Source: Pseudomonadota bacterium
GTDB lineage: Bacteria; Pseudomonadota; Gammaproteobacteria; Pseudomonadales; Cellvibrionaceae
DNA length: 64,000 nt
NCBI GenBank assembly: GCA_040385335.1
Contig: JAZKHP010000021.1
Location: 68,516-132,515 of the forward strand
Direction: 5' to 3'
Notes under the pieces: generated by a model
Seen by the model: only the letters and a program-made list of their open reading frames with translations
Databases searched by the model: none
What the model was told of the DNA's origin: nothing
Shown here: positions 1 through 10,527 of the stretch, piece by piece
How positions within the stretch are numbered: the stretch's first letter is position 1
How the letters are laid out: each line of letters opens with the position of its first letter
Made by a program: the position numbers and the translations under genes

Positions 1-2
1 GG

Positions 3-512
3 TTTTTAAATGACAGCAATGAGAAAGCTTTTGCTGAAGTTGTGAATCGTTATGAACGCGTTTTAAAAAAATACGCAACGCGTTTATGTAATGGCGATTG
101 GCAGTTAGCTGAGGATGTCGTGCAAGAAACATTTTTGCGTGCATTTATTTCTCTGGCGACCTTTCGCGAAGAGTCGAAGCTTTCTACCTGGTTACACAGC
201 ATTGCATTTAATTGTGCTATGGCCCTTTTTCGGAAAAACAAAATGCAAGTGTGTTGTTTAGATGAAATGCTGGAGTTAGTGGATGTTAGGCAAGATATTG
301 AAAAAGTTGATGCCTCCTACGATTTGGAGCATGCAATAAATTCCATTGCTGCACCGCAACAAAATGTTTTCTATATCTGCGTTGTAGATGGCTATTCCCA
401 TGAACAGGCTGCCGCTATCACAGGAATACCACTGGGTACTGTAAAAACCAATGTTCGTCGCACCAAACATAAATTGAAAGAATATTTACGTGCTTGGGGT
501 GAGGCAGCTTGA
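3..512 (+). CDS. ECF sigma-70 factor, 5' end outside the window
   Basis: Frame is open from base 3 (FLNDSNEKAFAEVVNRYER...). Region 2 motif 'AEDVVQETFLRAF...FREESKLSTWLHSIAFN' and region 4 HTH 'GYSHEQAAAITGIPLGTVKTNVRR'. Confidence 0.9.
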   Translation, partial: FLNDSNEKAFAEVVNRYERVLKKYATRLCNGDWQLAEDVVQETFLRAFISLATFREESKLSTWLHSIAFNCAMALFRKNKMQVCCLDEMLELVDVRQDIEKVDASYDLEHAINSIAAPQQNVFYICVVDGYSHEQAAAITGIPLGTVKTNVRRTKHKLKEYLRAWGEAA

Positions 513-555
513 TGACGCGATCGCCGGTAAATATCATTCAACAAAAGAAGGTTCT

Positions 556-927
556 ATGAATACACTCTGGAACGAAGATCAGCCTATCTATCGGCAACTG
601 CGCGAGCGCATAGTGGGCTTGATGCTAATGGGAACATTTAGAGAAGGTGATGCGCTGCCCTCAGTGCGGCAGGTCGCCAGTGATTATCAAATTAATCATT
701 TAACTGTGAGCAAAGCTTATCAGGAGCTAGTGGATATGCAATTAATAGAAGCGCGGCGCGGTATGGGGATGTACGTAATGGCTGGAGCGCAAGAAAAGTT
801 GCACGCTATTGAAAAGGAAAAATTCTTAACCACGGAGCTGCCTGCTTTACTTGCGCGTATTAAAAATTTAGGGCTTAGCGTAGAAGAACTCTGCACCGCC
901 ATTAAAAACACCCAGGAGGGACTATAA
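556..927 (+). CDS. GntR-family transcriptional regulator, YtrA subfamily
   Basis: 'PIYRQL...GDALPSVRQVASDYQINHLTVSKAYQEL...RRGMGMYV' winged HTH with a short C-terminus. ATG at 556 preferred over the ORF-track start at 490, which overlaps the sigma gene. Confidence 0.9.
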   Translation: MNTLWNEDQPIYRQLRERIVGLMLMGTFREGDALPSVRQVASDYQINHLTVSKAYQELVDMQLIEARRGMGMYVMAGAQEKLHAIEKEKFLTTELPALLARIKNLGLSVEELCTAIKNTQEGL

Positions 928-1794
928 ATGGAAGCCATCATTCACGCGCAAGGAATTCGTAAATCCTACGGTAAAAAAATTGCACTCAATAATATCAATT
1001 TGACTATTCCTGCCGGCCGCATTGTCGGCTTAATCGGTCCTAATGGTGCAGGAAAAACTACCTTGTTAAAAGGCATTCTCGGTTTGGCGCAAGTTGAAGG
1101 CGACTTGCATGTACTTGGTTTGAATCCTTTTTCTGATCGCGTAAAACTATTGGAAGATGTTTCTTTTATTGCGGACACCGCCATTTTACCGCGTTGGATA
1201 AAAGTCAGTGAAGCCGTGGATTATGTGGCGGGCGTTCACCCAAAGTTCAGTCGCGAAAAAGCCATGGGTTTTCTCGCCAAAACAAATATTACGCTTAATA
1301 ATAAAGTCGCAGATTTATCCAAGGGCATGGTCACACAATTACATCTTGCGCTTATTATGGCGATTGACAGCAAATTATTAGTGCTTGATGAGCCTACTCT
1401 AGGATTAGATATTATTTACCGCAAGCAATTTTATGAGGCTCTGTTAAATGACTATTACGATGCGCAAAAAACAATTGTCATTACCACTCATCAGGTGGAA
1501 GAAATAGAAGGCATATTGACAGATTTAATATTTATCAATAACGGAGAGATATTGTTGGAGACCTCCATGGAAGATATCGCCAGAAGTTTTTTTGAGTTGC
1601 AAGTAGATGCGGCTAATAAAGAAGCTGCACTGGCGTTAAAGCCTATTCACATTCGCTCGGTATTGGGTGGCTACAATATGGTTTTTGAGAATAGTGATAT
1701 TGACCTATTAAGCGCACTGGGCAAAGTCACGACACCAAGTGTGGCCGATTTATTTGTTGCAAAAATGCAACCAGCAACCAGTATTAAAGGGTGA
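928..1794 (+). CDS. ABC transporter ATP-binding subunit (YtrB-like)
   Basis: Walker [10 protein letters not shown], degenerate signature LSKGM, Walker B LLVLDEP, H-loop TTH. Starts immediately after the GntR stop. Confidence 0.92.
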   Translation: MEAIIHAQGIRKSYGKKIALNNINLTIPAGRIVGLIGPNGAGKTTLLKGILGLAQVEGDLHVLGLNPFSDRVKLLEDVSFIADTAILPRWIKVSEAVDYVAGVHPKFSREKAMGFLAKTNITLNNKVADLSKGMVTQLHLALIMAIDSKLLVLDEPTLGLDIIYRKQFYEALLNDYYDAQKTIVITTHQVEEIEGILTDLIFINNGEILLETSMEDIARSFFELQVDAANKEAALALKPIHIRSVLGGYNMVFENSDIDLLSALGKVTTPSVADLFVAKMQPATSIKG

Positions 1795-1799
1795 TAAAA

Positions 1800-2780
1800 A
1801 TGAATACTAAAAAAATTATTACTCAATTCAAAAGAGAGCTATGGGAAAACAAAAGCGGCTTTATTTATACCCCGCTTATAATAACGGGATTGTACTTGCT
1901 CATTGCTATTGGCTTTTTTATCTATTTCGGTGTAACCAATAATGTCAGCATGGCCCATGAACAGACCATGAGTTCCCAATGCAACGGTGATTTTTTTTGC
2001 TACCGCAATAATAGCGATGAAATTGACAGTGCTGCAGAACAGAAGCCTGTTAGTCTGGTCGCCAATATATTAAAGGACCCGACGGCGTTTAATGGCATGG
2101 TGCTGCAAGCTATGTATGCTAATTGCGCGTTGCTTACAGTAATATTTTCCTTTGTATTGTCGACTTACGTTTTGCGTTGCTTATTTGAGGACAGAAAAAA
2201 TAGAGAAATTTTATTTTGGCGCTCTATGCCAGTCAGCGAAACAACCAATGTACTGGTAAAAGTGGCCATTATATTGTTGGCGGCACCGCTAGCGTTATTG
2301 TTAATAAATGAACTGGTGACATTTATATTTGTTGTTATAGGTGTGGTTATTTTTTCTCTAAATGGTGCTTCGGTGACTTATTTAATGGCTTCTATTGTTA
2401 ACGGAAATGCCTTGTTTATTCCACTGCAAATTTTTTATGAGAACATTTTTGGTCTATTTATGCTGATGCCTGTTATCGGGTATTTATTGTTCGCATCCGC
2501 TTTTGCAAAAAAGTCCCCGTTTTTAACGAGCGTGTTAATTCCTATTGTTTTGATTGTTATGGATGTAATGCTAAATAAAGTGTTAGGAATAAACCTGGGC
2601 ATTATCGATGTGCTTGGATTATATGCAGGTGCTATTGCTCAGGTTAAGTCGGCGTATTTGCTCCAAAGTAGTCTCCTTCTTGATAGTTCTATATTGCTGC
2701 CTTTTATTGTCAGTGTACTCATTGGAGCTCTATTAGTGAGCGGCGCTATTTGGCTGCGCAATAACCGTTATGAAATTTAA
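1800..2780 (+). CDS. ABC-2 type permease
   Basis: Multiple hydrophobic segments and 'LFEDRKNREILFWRSMPVSET' motif typical of permeases in GntR-ABC operons. ATG at 1800 (ORF-track GTG at 1791 also possible). Confidence 0.85.
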   Translation: MNTKKIITQFKRELWENKSGFIYTPLIITGLYLLIAIGFFIYFGVTNNVSMAHEQTMSSQCNGDFFCYRNNSDEIDSAAEQKPVSLVANILKDPTAFNGMVLQAMYANCALLTVIFSFVLSTYVLRCLFEDRKNREILFWRSMPVSETTNVLVKVAIILLAAPLALLLINELVTFIFVVIGVVIFSLNGASVTYLMASIVNGNALFIPLQIFYENIFGLFMLMPVIGYLLFASAFAKKSPFLTSVLIPIVLIVMDVMLNKVLGINLGIIDVLGLYAGAIAQVKSAYLLQSSLLLDSSILLPFIVSVLIGALLVSGAIWLRNNRYEI

Positions 2781-2808
2781 CTTTGATTATTTTCTGGTGG
2801 AGTAAGCG

Positions 2809-3051
2809 ATGAACGAAGCACGTCAGTTTCGCGATTTAAAAAAATCAGCAACCGATAAGAAAATTGCCGGTGTCTGTGGTGGCTTTGGCGAATATACGCC
2901 CTTGCCATCCTGGATGTGGCGAGTTATTTTTGTCCTATCCATATTTTGCGGTTTTGGTATTCTTGTTTATATTGTCCTTTGGCTATGCATGCCGTCCGCT
3001 GAGACCCTAAAACCTGAAGAGCGAGTGATAAATCACCATTCGCAGGATTAA
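2809..3051 (+). CDS. PspC domain protein
   Basis: 'KKSATDKKIAGVCGGFGEY...RVIFVL...GILVYIVLWLCMP' matches the PspC pattern. Confidence 0.85.
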   Translation: MNEARQFRDLKKSATDKKIAGVCGGFGEYTPLPSWMWRVIFVLSIFCGFGILVYIVLWLCMPSAETLKPEERVINHHSQD

Positions 3052-3345
3052 TAGTTTCAGCGCATGCAAGCATATGTCAAGAAAATTGTATTTGGGGTGG
3101 CTTGTGGGTAATTTGGCTGACAGTGGCGAGCTTGGTTGTTTGTAGGTTGTTGTGTAAGTAGCCGTTATGCGCTATTTAAATAATGTGATGGGTTGTTAAT
3201 ATCCAAGCTCGCTTTCATTAAGGATCATCCGAATAAAATTTCCATTGCATGCAGTATTTAATATTTATTGCATGTCTGATGGGGACACTATAAATTCAAC
3301 GCTACATTTTAATAGTGAACACCCTTCCAAGACCCAAAGGAAAGT

Positions 3346-6207
3346 TTGATGAAAATGAATAAATTTCTTGCGTTAATCGCGATAGCATTATCAGGCTTAT
3401 TCATATCCTCTTGTCAGGATCATATTGCCAGGCCCGCAATGGCTGTTGTTAATCCAGCACCCACAGTGACTGGCGCTGTTATACAAAAAAGTCCCAATGA
3501 TGACCGTACCTATGGCGCAGTTACGTTGCCAAACCAATTGCAAGTTGTGCTCGTATCTGACCCCAGCCTGGAAAACGCAGCGGCTTCTTTGGCTGTAGGT
3601 GTGGGCAGCGCGCAGGACCCGGATTCACAGCCCGGCCTGGCACATTATTTGGAGCACATGCTTTTTTTGGGTACGCAAAAATACCCAATTCCTGATAGTT
3701 TTTTTGAGTTTGTTCAAGCCAATGCCGGGATGAGTAATGCGTTTACCGCATTTGATAAAACGAATTATCATTTTCAGGTTAACGCCGGGAAGTTTGACGA
3801 AGCACTGGATCGTTTTAGCGATTATTTTAAGGCTCCGACACTCGACCCGCTTTATGCAGACAAAGAACGCAATGCCGTGAACAGCGAGTGGTCAATGAAT
3901 CGCAGTCAGGATAACTGGATTCTGCATATTTTAGACGGGGTAACCGCTAATAGCAGCAACCCGCAGGCTCGTTTCAACATAGGTAATTTAGAAACCCTGG
4001 CAGACAAAAAGGATTCAGTCTTACAGGACGAAGTGAAAGCTTTTTATAATCGTTATTACTCTGCCAATAATATGCGCTTGACATTAGTGGGAAGCCAATC
4101 GATTGCGGAATTAACGACGCTGGCAGAAAAATATTTTTCACCGATTCGCAATAAAAATATCATGCCTCCGAAAGTTAGCGTGCCGGGTTTAACACCTGCT
4201 GAAATGGGAAAAAATATTTATTATCAATCGCTGAAAGATATTAAAAAATTATATGTGGATTTCCCAATAAAAAATAATAAAGATCAATGGCGAGTTAAGC
4301 CCAATGAATTTGTTAATAATTTAATTACCTCGGAGGAGGAAGGCACCTTGTGTGAGCAATTACGGACACAAGGTTTTGCCAATAGTGTTACTGCTTATGT
4401 GAATCCTGATGAATACGGTGCTGATGGATATTTGCGTATTGAGGCCGATTTGACGGGTGTTGGTTTAAAAAATCCTGATCGCGTTATTGCCTCGGTATTT
4501 GCTTATGTAGATTTGATTAAGAAGCAAGGGGCTAATGAGCTATACTTTCGCGAACTTAAGGCGATGAAAGCAAAAGATTTTGAAAGTGTTTCGAAGCCAG
4601 ACCCATTAAAGCAGGCTATTGGTTTAACAATGGACCAATTTGATTTGCCAATAGAAAATTTGTTAAATGCTGATTTTGTCTATGAAGTTTTTAATGTTGA
4701 AGCAATTAATAAAGTGCTCGAGCAATTACGGCCTGCTAACGCGAGAATCTGGTACATCAGCAATGACCAGGTGGCCGACAAAACCATTCCTTATTTTGAA
4801 GGAAAATATGCAATTCGTGATATCACTGCTGAAGAACAACTACGCTGGTCAGCCTTAGCGAGTAAATTGACGTTTAATTTGCCACCCCAAAATACACTTT
4901 TTACCGATAAGCCGGCGGATATTGTTGAAAATAAATATTTAAAGCCGAAGCAAGTGATAAGTCAAAAAGGAGTTGAAGCATTTTTGGCCCATCCGGAATT
5001 TTATCGCGAAGATAAAGGCGTATTAACGGTAGAGCTCAATGTTAATTTTGCAAAAAAATCTGCTAAAAATGTTGTGCTATCGAATGTGTTAAGTGACATC
5101 TTTAAAAATAAAAACATGACCATTACTGATCGTGCCGAACGTGCGTCCCTAGGTATAGCCATTGCGCCAAGTGCAAGCAATTCCCAGGCATTCACGATTA
5201 CGGGTTATACCACTAAGCATGAAGAACTGCTGAGTCAGTTGCTAGATGGCTTTGTCGATTTGAAAGTCACTGAGAAAGATTTTGTCGAGGCCTTGGATAG
5301 GTTTAAGCAGGCAAAAGAAAACAGTAGAAAATTGCCTCCCTTCAAGCAAGCGTTTGGTCACACCATGCGCTTGCTGGGTGATGCACTCTGGACGGAAGAG
5401 GAGTTACTCGTTGCTGCGAAAAAAGTAAGCCTGCGCGATCTGTTTGAATATCATCGCGCCGTAAAAGCGGATGTATTTATTCGACTATTTGCGTTTGGCA
5501 ATTACGATGAGGCAAAAGTACAGCATATAGCCAATACAGCCTATAAAAAATTGCCGGGTAAACGCTTACCCGAGCAGCGAACTATCGCAAAATTCATTAC
5601 ACCAAAACTCACTAAAAATATCATGTTTAAAGATTCCGTGGAGCAAACTGACAGTGCCTTGGTAGATGTTTATTTGGGTGATAAGAGATCGGACAATGAA
5701 AAAGCGGCGCTGGTGGTATTGAATTCGATTTATCAAAATATATTTTTCAGTCAGTTACGAACCAATGAGCAATTAGGTTATGTGGTAGGCAGCTCCGCAA
5801 TTCCAGTTGATGATTATCCGGGCTTTGTGATGTACGTTCAAAGCACTAACACCGATTTGGTCGGTATAAAAACACGTATGGATAAATTCCGCACTGAATT
5901 TATGGGGCAGTTAAAATCCATAGATCCTGCGCAAATCGAGCAATTTAAAAGAGCTGAAGTGGCGAGTGTGTTGCAAAAGCCCACGGACTTTTATGCTGAA
6001 GCCAAACGTTACCCTGCCGACTTTTGGGCGGCGCATTATAATTTCGATGCGCGCTGGCGCTATCTGGCAGCGCTGGAAAAGGTAGATAGGGAGAGCTTGA
6101 TTGCACTCTACCAAAAAATGTTGCTGGATAAGAAAAGTATGAATATGTTGATACAACTCAGGGGTACAGTTCATGCGGATAAGCCATTTGTAGCCGTTGC
6201 ACCTTAA
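3346..6207 (+). CDS. M16A (pitrilysin/insulinase) zinc metallopeptidase, probable lipoprotein
   Basis: Inverted zinc motif 'GLAHYLEHMLFLGT', 'NAFT', 'ERNAVNSE', C-terminal 'QLRTNEQLGYVV'. Signal peptide with lipobox-like 'FISSC'. Confidence 0.9.
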   Translation: MMKMNKFLALIAIALSGLFISSCQDHIARPAMAVVNPAPTVTGAVIQKSPNDDRTYGAVTLPNQLQVVLVSDPSLENAAASLAVGVGSAQDPDSQPGLAHYLEHMLFLGTQKYPIPDSFFEFVQANAGMSNAFTAFDKTNYHFQVNAGKFDEALDRFSDYFKAPTLDPLYADKERNAVNSEWSMNRSQDNWILHILDGVTANSSNPQARFNIGNLETLADKKDSVLQDEVKAFYNRYYSANNMRLTLVGSQSIAELTTLAEKYFSPIRNKNIMPPKVSVPGLTPAEMGKNIYYQSLKDIKKLYVDFPIKNNKDQWRVKPNEFVNNLITSEEEGTLCEQLRTQGFANSVTAYVNPDEYGADGYLRIEADLTGVGLKNPDRVIASVFAYVDLIKKQGANELYFRELKAMKAKDFESVSKPDPLKQAIGLTMDQFDLPIENLLNADFVYEVFNVEAINKVLEQLRPANARIWYISNDQVADKTIPYFEGKYAIRDITAEEQLRWSALASKLTFNLPPQNTLFTDKPADIVENKYLKPKQVISQKGVEAFLAHPEFYREDKGVLTVELNVNFAKKSAKNVVLSNVLSDIFKNKNMTITDRAERASLGIAIAPSASNSQAFTITGYTTKHEELLSQLLDGFVDLKVTEKDFVEALDRFKQAKENSRKLPPFKQAFGHTMRLLGDALWTEEELLVAAKKVSLRDLFEYHRAVKADVFIRLFAFGNYDEAKVQHIANTAYKKLPGKRLPEQRTIAKFITPKLTKNIMFKDSVEQTDSALVDVYLGDKRSDNEKAALVVLNSIYQNIFFSQLRTNEQLGYVVGSSAIPVDDYPGFVMYVQSTNTDLVGIKTRMDKFRTEFMGQLKSIDPAQIEQFKRAEVASVLQKPTDFYAEAKRYPADFWAAHYNFDARWRYLAALEKVDRESLIALYQKMLLDKKSMNMLIQLRGTVHADKPFVAVAP

Positions 6208-6359
6208 TGCATCTGCGGTTAGGGAATGAGAGCAAAATGTCAGTGATTAAAGTGATTTAATGGCTGCCTGCTTTATTCCCAAGTCTATCAAGCGTAAAAT
6301 AAGCTTCAATAAAAGCGTTCTTTAACCAGAACGCTTTTTTCGTTTTTACAGCAAGTGGG

Positions 6360-6677
6360 ATGATACTAACTATGACCAATGAAGATGAAAAATTGTTTTG
6401 GGATCTGGCGGATGCTTTTATCCAAAAGGCCAACGACTCTTGCGAAGATGCTGATCCTGGCATCGTCAGCGCGGCCTTACTAAACGCTGCTGCTCGCTTT
6501 AATGCATTTGTAGTGGCGACATCATCGATTGATCGCAAAGAGTATCAGGATGAGATAGAAAGTTCAGAGAAATATTTAACCAATCGTTATCGTGAAATTT
6601 TGCGCGAAAATCTTGAAGACTATCGCGAAAATTATAAGGTGTATGTTCGTCCTGATGAGCCAGATGCAGAACACTAA
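6360..6677 (+). CDS. DUF3144-like small protein
   Basis: 'FWDLADAFIQKAN...VSAALLNAAARFNAF' resembles DUF3144 proteins. Start could be a few codons downstream. Confidence 0.65.
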   Translation: MILTMTNEDEKLFWDLADAFIQKANDSCEDADPGIVSAALLNAAARFNAFVVATSSIDRKEYQDEIESSEKYLTNRYREILRENLEDYRENYKVYVRPDEPDAEH

Positions 6678-7971
6678 GCCACACCATAAAAAAGTTGTTG
6701 TTATCGGTGGTGGTCCTGCCGGGTTAATGGCTGCAGAAGTTATCGCGCAAGCAGGCTACGATGTCAGCATTTATGATGCTATGCCCTCGCTCGGGAGAAA
6801 ATTTTTGTTGGCCGGAGTAGGGGGTATGAATATCACTCACTCTGAACTGCACGAAAAATTGCTAGGGCGTTATGCACAAGCTTCATCGCATTTAAAGCCT
6901 TGCCTTGATGCTTTTTGTGCAAATAAATTATGTGAATGGATTCATGGATTAGGTATAGAAACTTTTATTGGTTCTTCGGGGCGAATATTTCCTTCCGATA
7001 TGAAAGCAGCACCCTTGTTGCGTGCATGGTTGCATCGATTGCGTGAATTGCGGGTAAAGATTTATCCGCGGCATCGCTGGCTGGGCTGGGTAGATTCTGC
7101 TTCTGCGTTAGACACTGCGCAATATGCTATTGCGAATAGTGCCTTGCGATTTAATGGTGTTGTAGATGGCAAAGAAATCGCGATAAATGTTTATGCGAAT
7201 GCTGTTGTTTTAGCGCTTGGCGGTGCCAGTTGGCAGCGCTTAGGTTCCGATGGCACCTGGGTAAATTTACTGCGCAATAAAGATATTAAGGTTGCGGATT
7301 TGTTGCCAAGTAATTGTGGGTTTGAGGTTCAATGGAGTGAACTATTGCAAAGTCAGTTTTCTGGTCAACCTCTACTCACGGTAAATTTAAGTGTTACTAC
7401 TTTAGCGAATGAGTTGCGGTCTATACGCGGCGAGGCCGTCATCACCAAGACGGGTATAGAAGGTACTAGTATTTATGCGCTTTCAGCCAGCATTCGCGAA
7501 TTAATTCTTGCTCGCAATGAGGCCAACTTGCACATTGATTTATTACCTGATACCGACATCGATAAAATTATTGCACAATTAAATAAGCCACGCGGTAAAA
7601 ACTCCATGACAAATTTTTTGCGTAAGCAATTAAATTTATCGCCAGTTAAACTTGCACTTTTACGTGAATTAACGCCAGCTTCCATTTGGCAAGATACACT
7701 TGCGCTAGCTCAAGCGATTAAATCCCTACGATTAACACTCAACGGATTTCGTCCAATAGATGAAGCGATTAGTACGGCAGGTGGTGTTAAATTTAATGAA
7801 TTAAGCTCGCATCTAATGTTAAATAATTTGCCAGGGATTTTTTGTGCGGGCGAAATGCTGGATTGGGAGGCGCCAACCGGTGGCTATTTATTAACAGCCT
7901 GCTTTGCTACGGGACGTGCCGCAGGTTTAGGTGTGGTCGAATACCTGAAAGATGAAATGTTAGTTTTGTAA
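6664..7971 (+). CDS. HI0933/BaiN-family flavoprotein (TIGR03862-like)
   Basis: FAD motif 'VIGGGPAGLMAA', 'GRKFLLAGVGGMNITHS', 'EAISTAGGV', 'GEMLDWEAPTGGYLLTACFATG'. ATG at 6664 chosen over 6592. Confidence 0.88.
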   Translation: MQNTKPHHKKVVVIGGGPAGLMAAEVIAQAGYDVSIYDAMPSLGRKFLLAGVGGMNITHSELHEKLLGRYAQASSHLKPCLDAFCANKLCEWIHGLGIETFIGSSGRIFPSDMKAAPLLRAWLHRLRELRVKIYPRHRWLGWVDSASALDTAQYAIANSALRFNGVVDGKEIAINVYANAVVLALGGASWQRLGSDGTWVNLLRNKDIKVADLLPSNCGFEVQWSELLQSQFSGQPLLTVNLSVTTLANELRSIRGEAVITKTGIEGTSIYALSASIRELILARNEANLHIDLLPDTDIDKIIAQLNKPRGKNSMTNFLRKQLNLSPVKLALLRELTPASIWQDTLALAQAIKSLRLTLNGFRPIDEAISTAGGVKFNELSSHLMLNNLPGIFCAGEMLDWEAPTGGYLLTACFATGRAAGLGVVEYLKDEMLVL

Positions 7972-8001
7972 CTGTGTTCCCTTCATGAAAAACTTATCTC
8001 T

Positions 8002-9285
8002 ATGAAAAAACTACTCATTATTGGCTATGTGTGGCCTGAGCCGAAATCTTCTGCGGCAGGTAGCCGTATGCTGGAGTTAATAGAATTATTTTTCGCCAAT
8101 ACTTATCAAATTATATTTGCGTCTGCAGCTGCATTATCAGAACATCGTGCCGATTTATTAAGTTTAGGTGTGCAAGAAAAATCAATTGAACTTAACAGCC
8201 CCAGCTTTAACGATTTTTTGGCAGAGCTTAAACCGAGTGTGGTGTTATATGATCGGTTTTTTACGGAAGAACAATTTGGCTGGCGTGTTGAGCAAGTGTG
8301 TCCCTATGCATTACGGCTGTTGGATACAGAAGATTTACATAGCCTACGCTATGCTCGCCAGCAATTATTGAAGCAAGCACAAAAGCAAATGGCGAATGAG
8401 GCTGAGCGTCAGAGTGTAAATCCGGTATTAGCGACGCAGGTGGAGCTCTACGCACAAATGGCTGAAGATGATATGGCACAGCGCGAAATTGCGGCTATTT
8501 ATCGCTGTGATTTAACCTTGATGATTTCACAGATCGAAATCGATTTCCTCGGTGCGTTTTTTTCTGTGCCTGAACAGTTATTACATTATTGCCCGTTTTT
8601 AACTATCACCATTCCCGACCAAATTGCATTCCCCTTATTTTCTGAACGGCAACATTTTATTTCCATCGGAAATTTTCGCCATGAGCCGAATTGGGATGCG
8701 GTGCTGTATTTAAAACATGCCATTTGGCCCTTAATTCGTGAACAGCTTCCCCAGGTTGAACTGCATATTTATGGCTCTTATCCTCCCCCCAAGGCCACAC
8801 AGTTGCATAATACGAAACAAGGCTTTTTAGTAAAAGGCTGGACCGAAGATGCCTTATTAGCTATGCAGCATGCGCGAGTATGTTTGGCGCCTTTGCGTTT
8901 CGGTGCAGGTATAAAAGGCAAATTAATGGATGCAATGCGAACTGCCACTCCAAGTGTAACTACCGACATTGGTGCAGAGGCTATGAATGGTGGTTTTCCG
9001 TGGGGCGGAGCCGTTGAAAACTCAGCAATTGATATTGCAGCTGCAGCAGTGAACATTTACAGGGACGAAAACATTTGGAAAAAAATGCAACATCAGGGGA
9101 TAGATATTTTAACCAAGCATTTTGCGCAAAAAAACTACGCAAATTCGCTGTTAGAGAGAATGGATAGTTTAAAAAATAATCTTGATTACGAACGGCAGAA
9201 AAATTTTACTGGCGCTATGTTGCGGCATCATCTTCATAAAAGCACTCAGTATATGTCGCAGTGGATTGAAGCTAAGAATAAATAA
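8002..9285 (+). CDS. GT-B fold glycosyltransferase (GT4-like), standalone
   Basis: C-terminal 'FISIGNFRHEPNWDAV' and 'LAPLRFGAGIKGKLMDAMRTATPSVTT'. Confidence 0.8.
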   Translation: MKKLLIIGYVWPEPKSSAAGSRMLELIELFFANTYQIIFASAAALSEHRADLLSLGVQEKSIELNSPSFNDFLAELKPSVVLYDRFFTEEQFGWRVEQVCPYALRLLDTEDLHSLRYARQQLLKQAQKQMANEAERQSVNPVLATQVELYAQMAEDDMAQREIAAIYRCDLTLMISQIEIDFLGAFFSVPEQLLHYCPFLTITIPDQIAFPLFSERQHFISIGNFRHEPNWDAVLYLKHAIWPLIREQLPQVELHIYGSYPPPKATQLHNTKQGFLVKGWTEDALLAMQHARVCLAPLRFGAGIKGKLMDAMRTATPSVTTDIGAEAMNGGFPWGGAVENSAIDIAAAAVNIYRDENIWKKMQHQGIDILTKHFAQKNYANSLLERMDSLKNNLDYERQKNFTGAMLRHHLHKSTQYMSQWIEAKNK

Positions 9286-9346
9286 TTTTCTGTGCTTAAG
9301 AGTATTTATGTAAGGTGCTGCTTTTTTTACGCCATCTATAAAGCAA

Positions 9347-10330
9347 CTAGTCTTCAGTGTTGCTAGTAGTGGTTAAGTTAAATATGCGACGTGATGAGTT
9401 GTGCATTTCGTCAAACCCCTTTTTAAAACCGGGTATGCTAAAGAAAAGTTGGTCGAAGCTGCCATCCTTTATTGCTAGCAATAAACCACGTTCAATTCTA
9501 TCGGCGAGCGCCTTGTTATTTTTGTTTACGAAAAAATAAATGGGCGCATGATAGTGAAGCATAATTGATGACTCAATACTAAAATTTTTATCCGCATGGA
9601 TTTGTTGTTCATTCCAAATTTCATAAAGTCCCCGTGGGAAATAATCGAAGCGTTTAGCGGCAAGCATGGTAAAAAGTAATTCATAGTGGGCGGCAGTGAC
9701 TACCGGCAGACCATTACTTTCCAGAATTGGAGTATCTGGCCAGTTAATGCTTGATCCTGCGCTAAGTTTGCTGAGTTCCTGAAATGTAGTGACTGAACTA
9801 AAAATATGCTGGTCTTCTTTTCTAATTAAAAAAATACGATAGCTGTTTAAGCCGCGCAGGAGTGATACCTTTATCGGCAGTAGCTCTTGTTCGCGTCTTT
9901 TGTCATTCATGGTCCAAATAATATCTATCGCACCGTCTTCCCGTGCTAGCTCTGCTAAAAAACGTTTGTGGGAAAGGTTTTTACTGTGTTGCTCAATAAT
10001 AAAGGGACCATCGGTTGCGACATTTTTTTCCAATGCAAGCCTTAGCAACTGTAAGTAATAAACTTCGTGAGTCTTGGCAGATCTTTCAAATGGCGGGGTA
10101 ACTATATGCAGTTGTGTTGTGGGCAACCCATCTGTAGGTAGTCTATGTGTGGGCGGTCTATCGGTCGCGAAACTATCTGCAGGGATTGTAATAGGTTGAA
10201 TCCTTTCTGCGGTAATAGATTCTGATCTTATCTCCAGGCTATCTTTAGCTTTTGCGTCCTGCATGCCAAACCACAACCACAACAGGGCAAATGCAAACAA
10301 AAGGATTTTTTTCCGGCGAGCATCATTCAT
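9347..10330 (-). CDS. Periplasmic substrate-binding-protein-like (family 3 type)
   Basis: Signal peptide, then 'LLPIKVSLLRGLNSYRIFLI', 'WPDTPILESNGL', 'RFDYFPRGLYEI', 'LHYHAPIYFFV'. Confidence 0.7.
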   Translation of the reverse strand: MNDARRKKILLFAFALLWLWFGMQDAKAKDSLEIRSESITAERIQPITIPADSFATDRPPTHRLPTDGLPTTQLHIVTPPFERSAKTHEVYYLQLLRLALEKNVATDGPFIIEQHSKNLSHKRFLAELAREDGAIDIIWTMNDKRREQELLPIKVSLLRGLNSYRIFLIRKEDQHIFSSVTTFQELSKLSAGSSINWPDTPILESNGLPVVTAAHYELLFTMLAAKRFDYFPRGLYEIWNEQQIHADKNFSIESSIMLHYHAPIYFFVNKNNKALADRIERGLLLAIKDGSFDQLFFSIPGFKKGFDEMHNSSRRIFNLTTTSNTED

Positions 10331-10527
10331 AAAAAGTCATCTAGAGAGGACCTGCGGTACAAGTCCGCCCCAGCATCGATTTCCTGTTATTTTTGCGGCA
10401 ATAATTCTAGTTAAGCATAATTCTGTATTGTTGGTATATGGAGTTTTAGATTATTAGTCTTCTAACGGTGGGTAATTGTCATCAGATCCAGTAGAATGCG
10501 CGCTTTTTAAACTGATTAGGTAATCCT

